Positions 32,262 to 32,375 of a stretch of 32,375 nt of DNA are shown here, in pieces (position 1 is the stretch's first letter; each line of letters begins with the position of its first letter). This DNA comes from Dimargaris cristalligena. Taxonomy: Eukaryota. The notes beneath the pieces were generated by a model, which made no database searches, was not told the origin of the DNA, and saw only the letters and a program-made list of their open reading frames with translations. The stretch is taken from NCBI GenBank assembly GCA_003614675.1, contig ML002424.1, forward strand, positions 1 to 32,375. The letters run 5' to 3'. A program made the position numbers and the translations under genes.

Positions 32262-32375
32262 CTACGTGCCTGTTGTTGGGCCGGTGATTTGAGGAACCCC
32301 TCTCCCGGGACTAAGGCTGGGGCTGAGCCCCGCGCTATGCTCGGGATTGGATGGGTCACCGGACGTCGGGTTTGG
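32262..32375 (-). CDS. Probable 3' end of a gene entering from beyond the window (PNPTSGDPSNPEHSAGLSPSLSPGRGVPQITGPTTGT*)
   Basis: GC-rich open frame from the window edge to TAG 32264-32262, followed by AT-rich sequence. Low complexity; no identity can be assigned. Confidence 0.4.
   Translation of the reverse strand, partial: PNPTSGDPSNPEHSAGLSPSLSPGRGVPQITGPTTGT

Noticed and set aside
32281-32362. Foldable GC-rich segment (CCGGTGA...TCACCGG) as an ncRNA
   Set aside because: More simply explained as the coding 3' end of a minus-strand gene; no recognisable RNA family motif.

Overview
Eukaryotic, fungal-type genomic DNA: GT-AG introns, GC-rich CDS, AT-rich spacers. An early-diverging lineage such as Zoopagomycota is my inference and is not proven. 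Five conserved genes can be reconstructed: CTF4/Mcl1/AND-1 (4 exons, - strand), RCL1, eIF2B-delta (GCD2), SGT2 (3 exons) and a SNAPC4/SNAP190-like Myb protein with a C-terminal AT-hook (2 exons). There is also one orphan ORF. The accessory DNA is more interesting. (1) Two paralogous small secreted prepropeptide genes (6952-7209, 23611-23943) lie in a duplicated block. Promoter, signal peptide, pro-region, LTRR Kex2-type site and 3' flank all align, but the mature peptides barely do. (2) A 2.8 kb element (25062-27878) has TGTCAC...GTGACA ends, ~600 bp terminal inverted repeats and no transposase. It carries a secreted-protein gene broken by stops that fit C-to-T mutation, and it is strongly CpG-depleted with RIP-like CpA-to-TpA differences between its arms. 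(3) An NmrA-like pseudogene has a premature stop and two compensating frameshifts. All alignments and counts were done by eye, so repeat boundaries are approximate.
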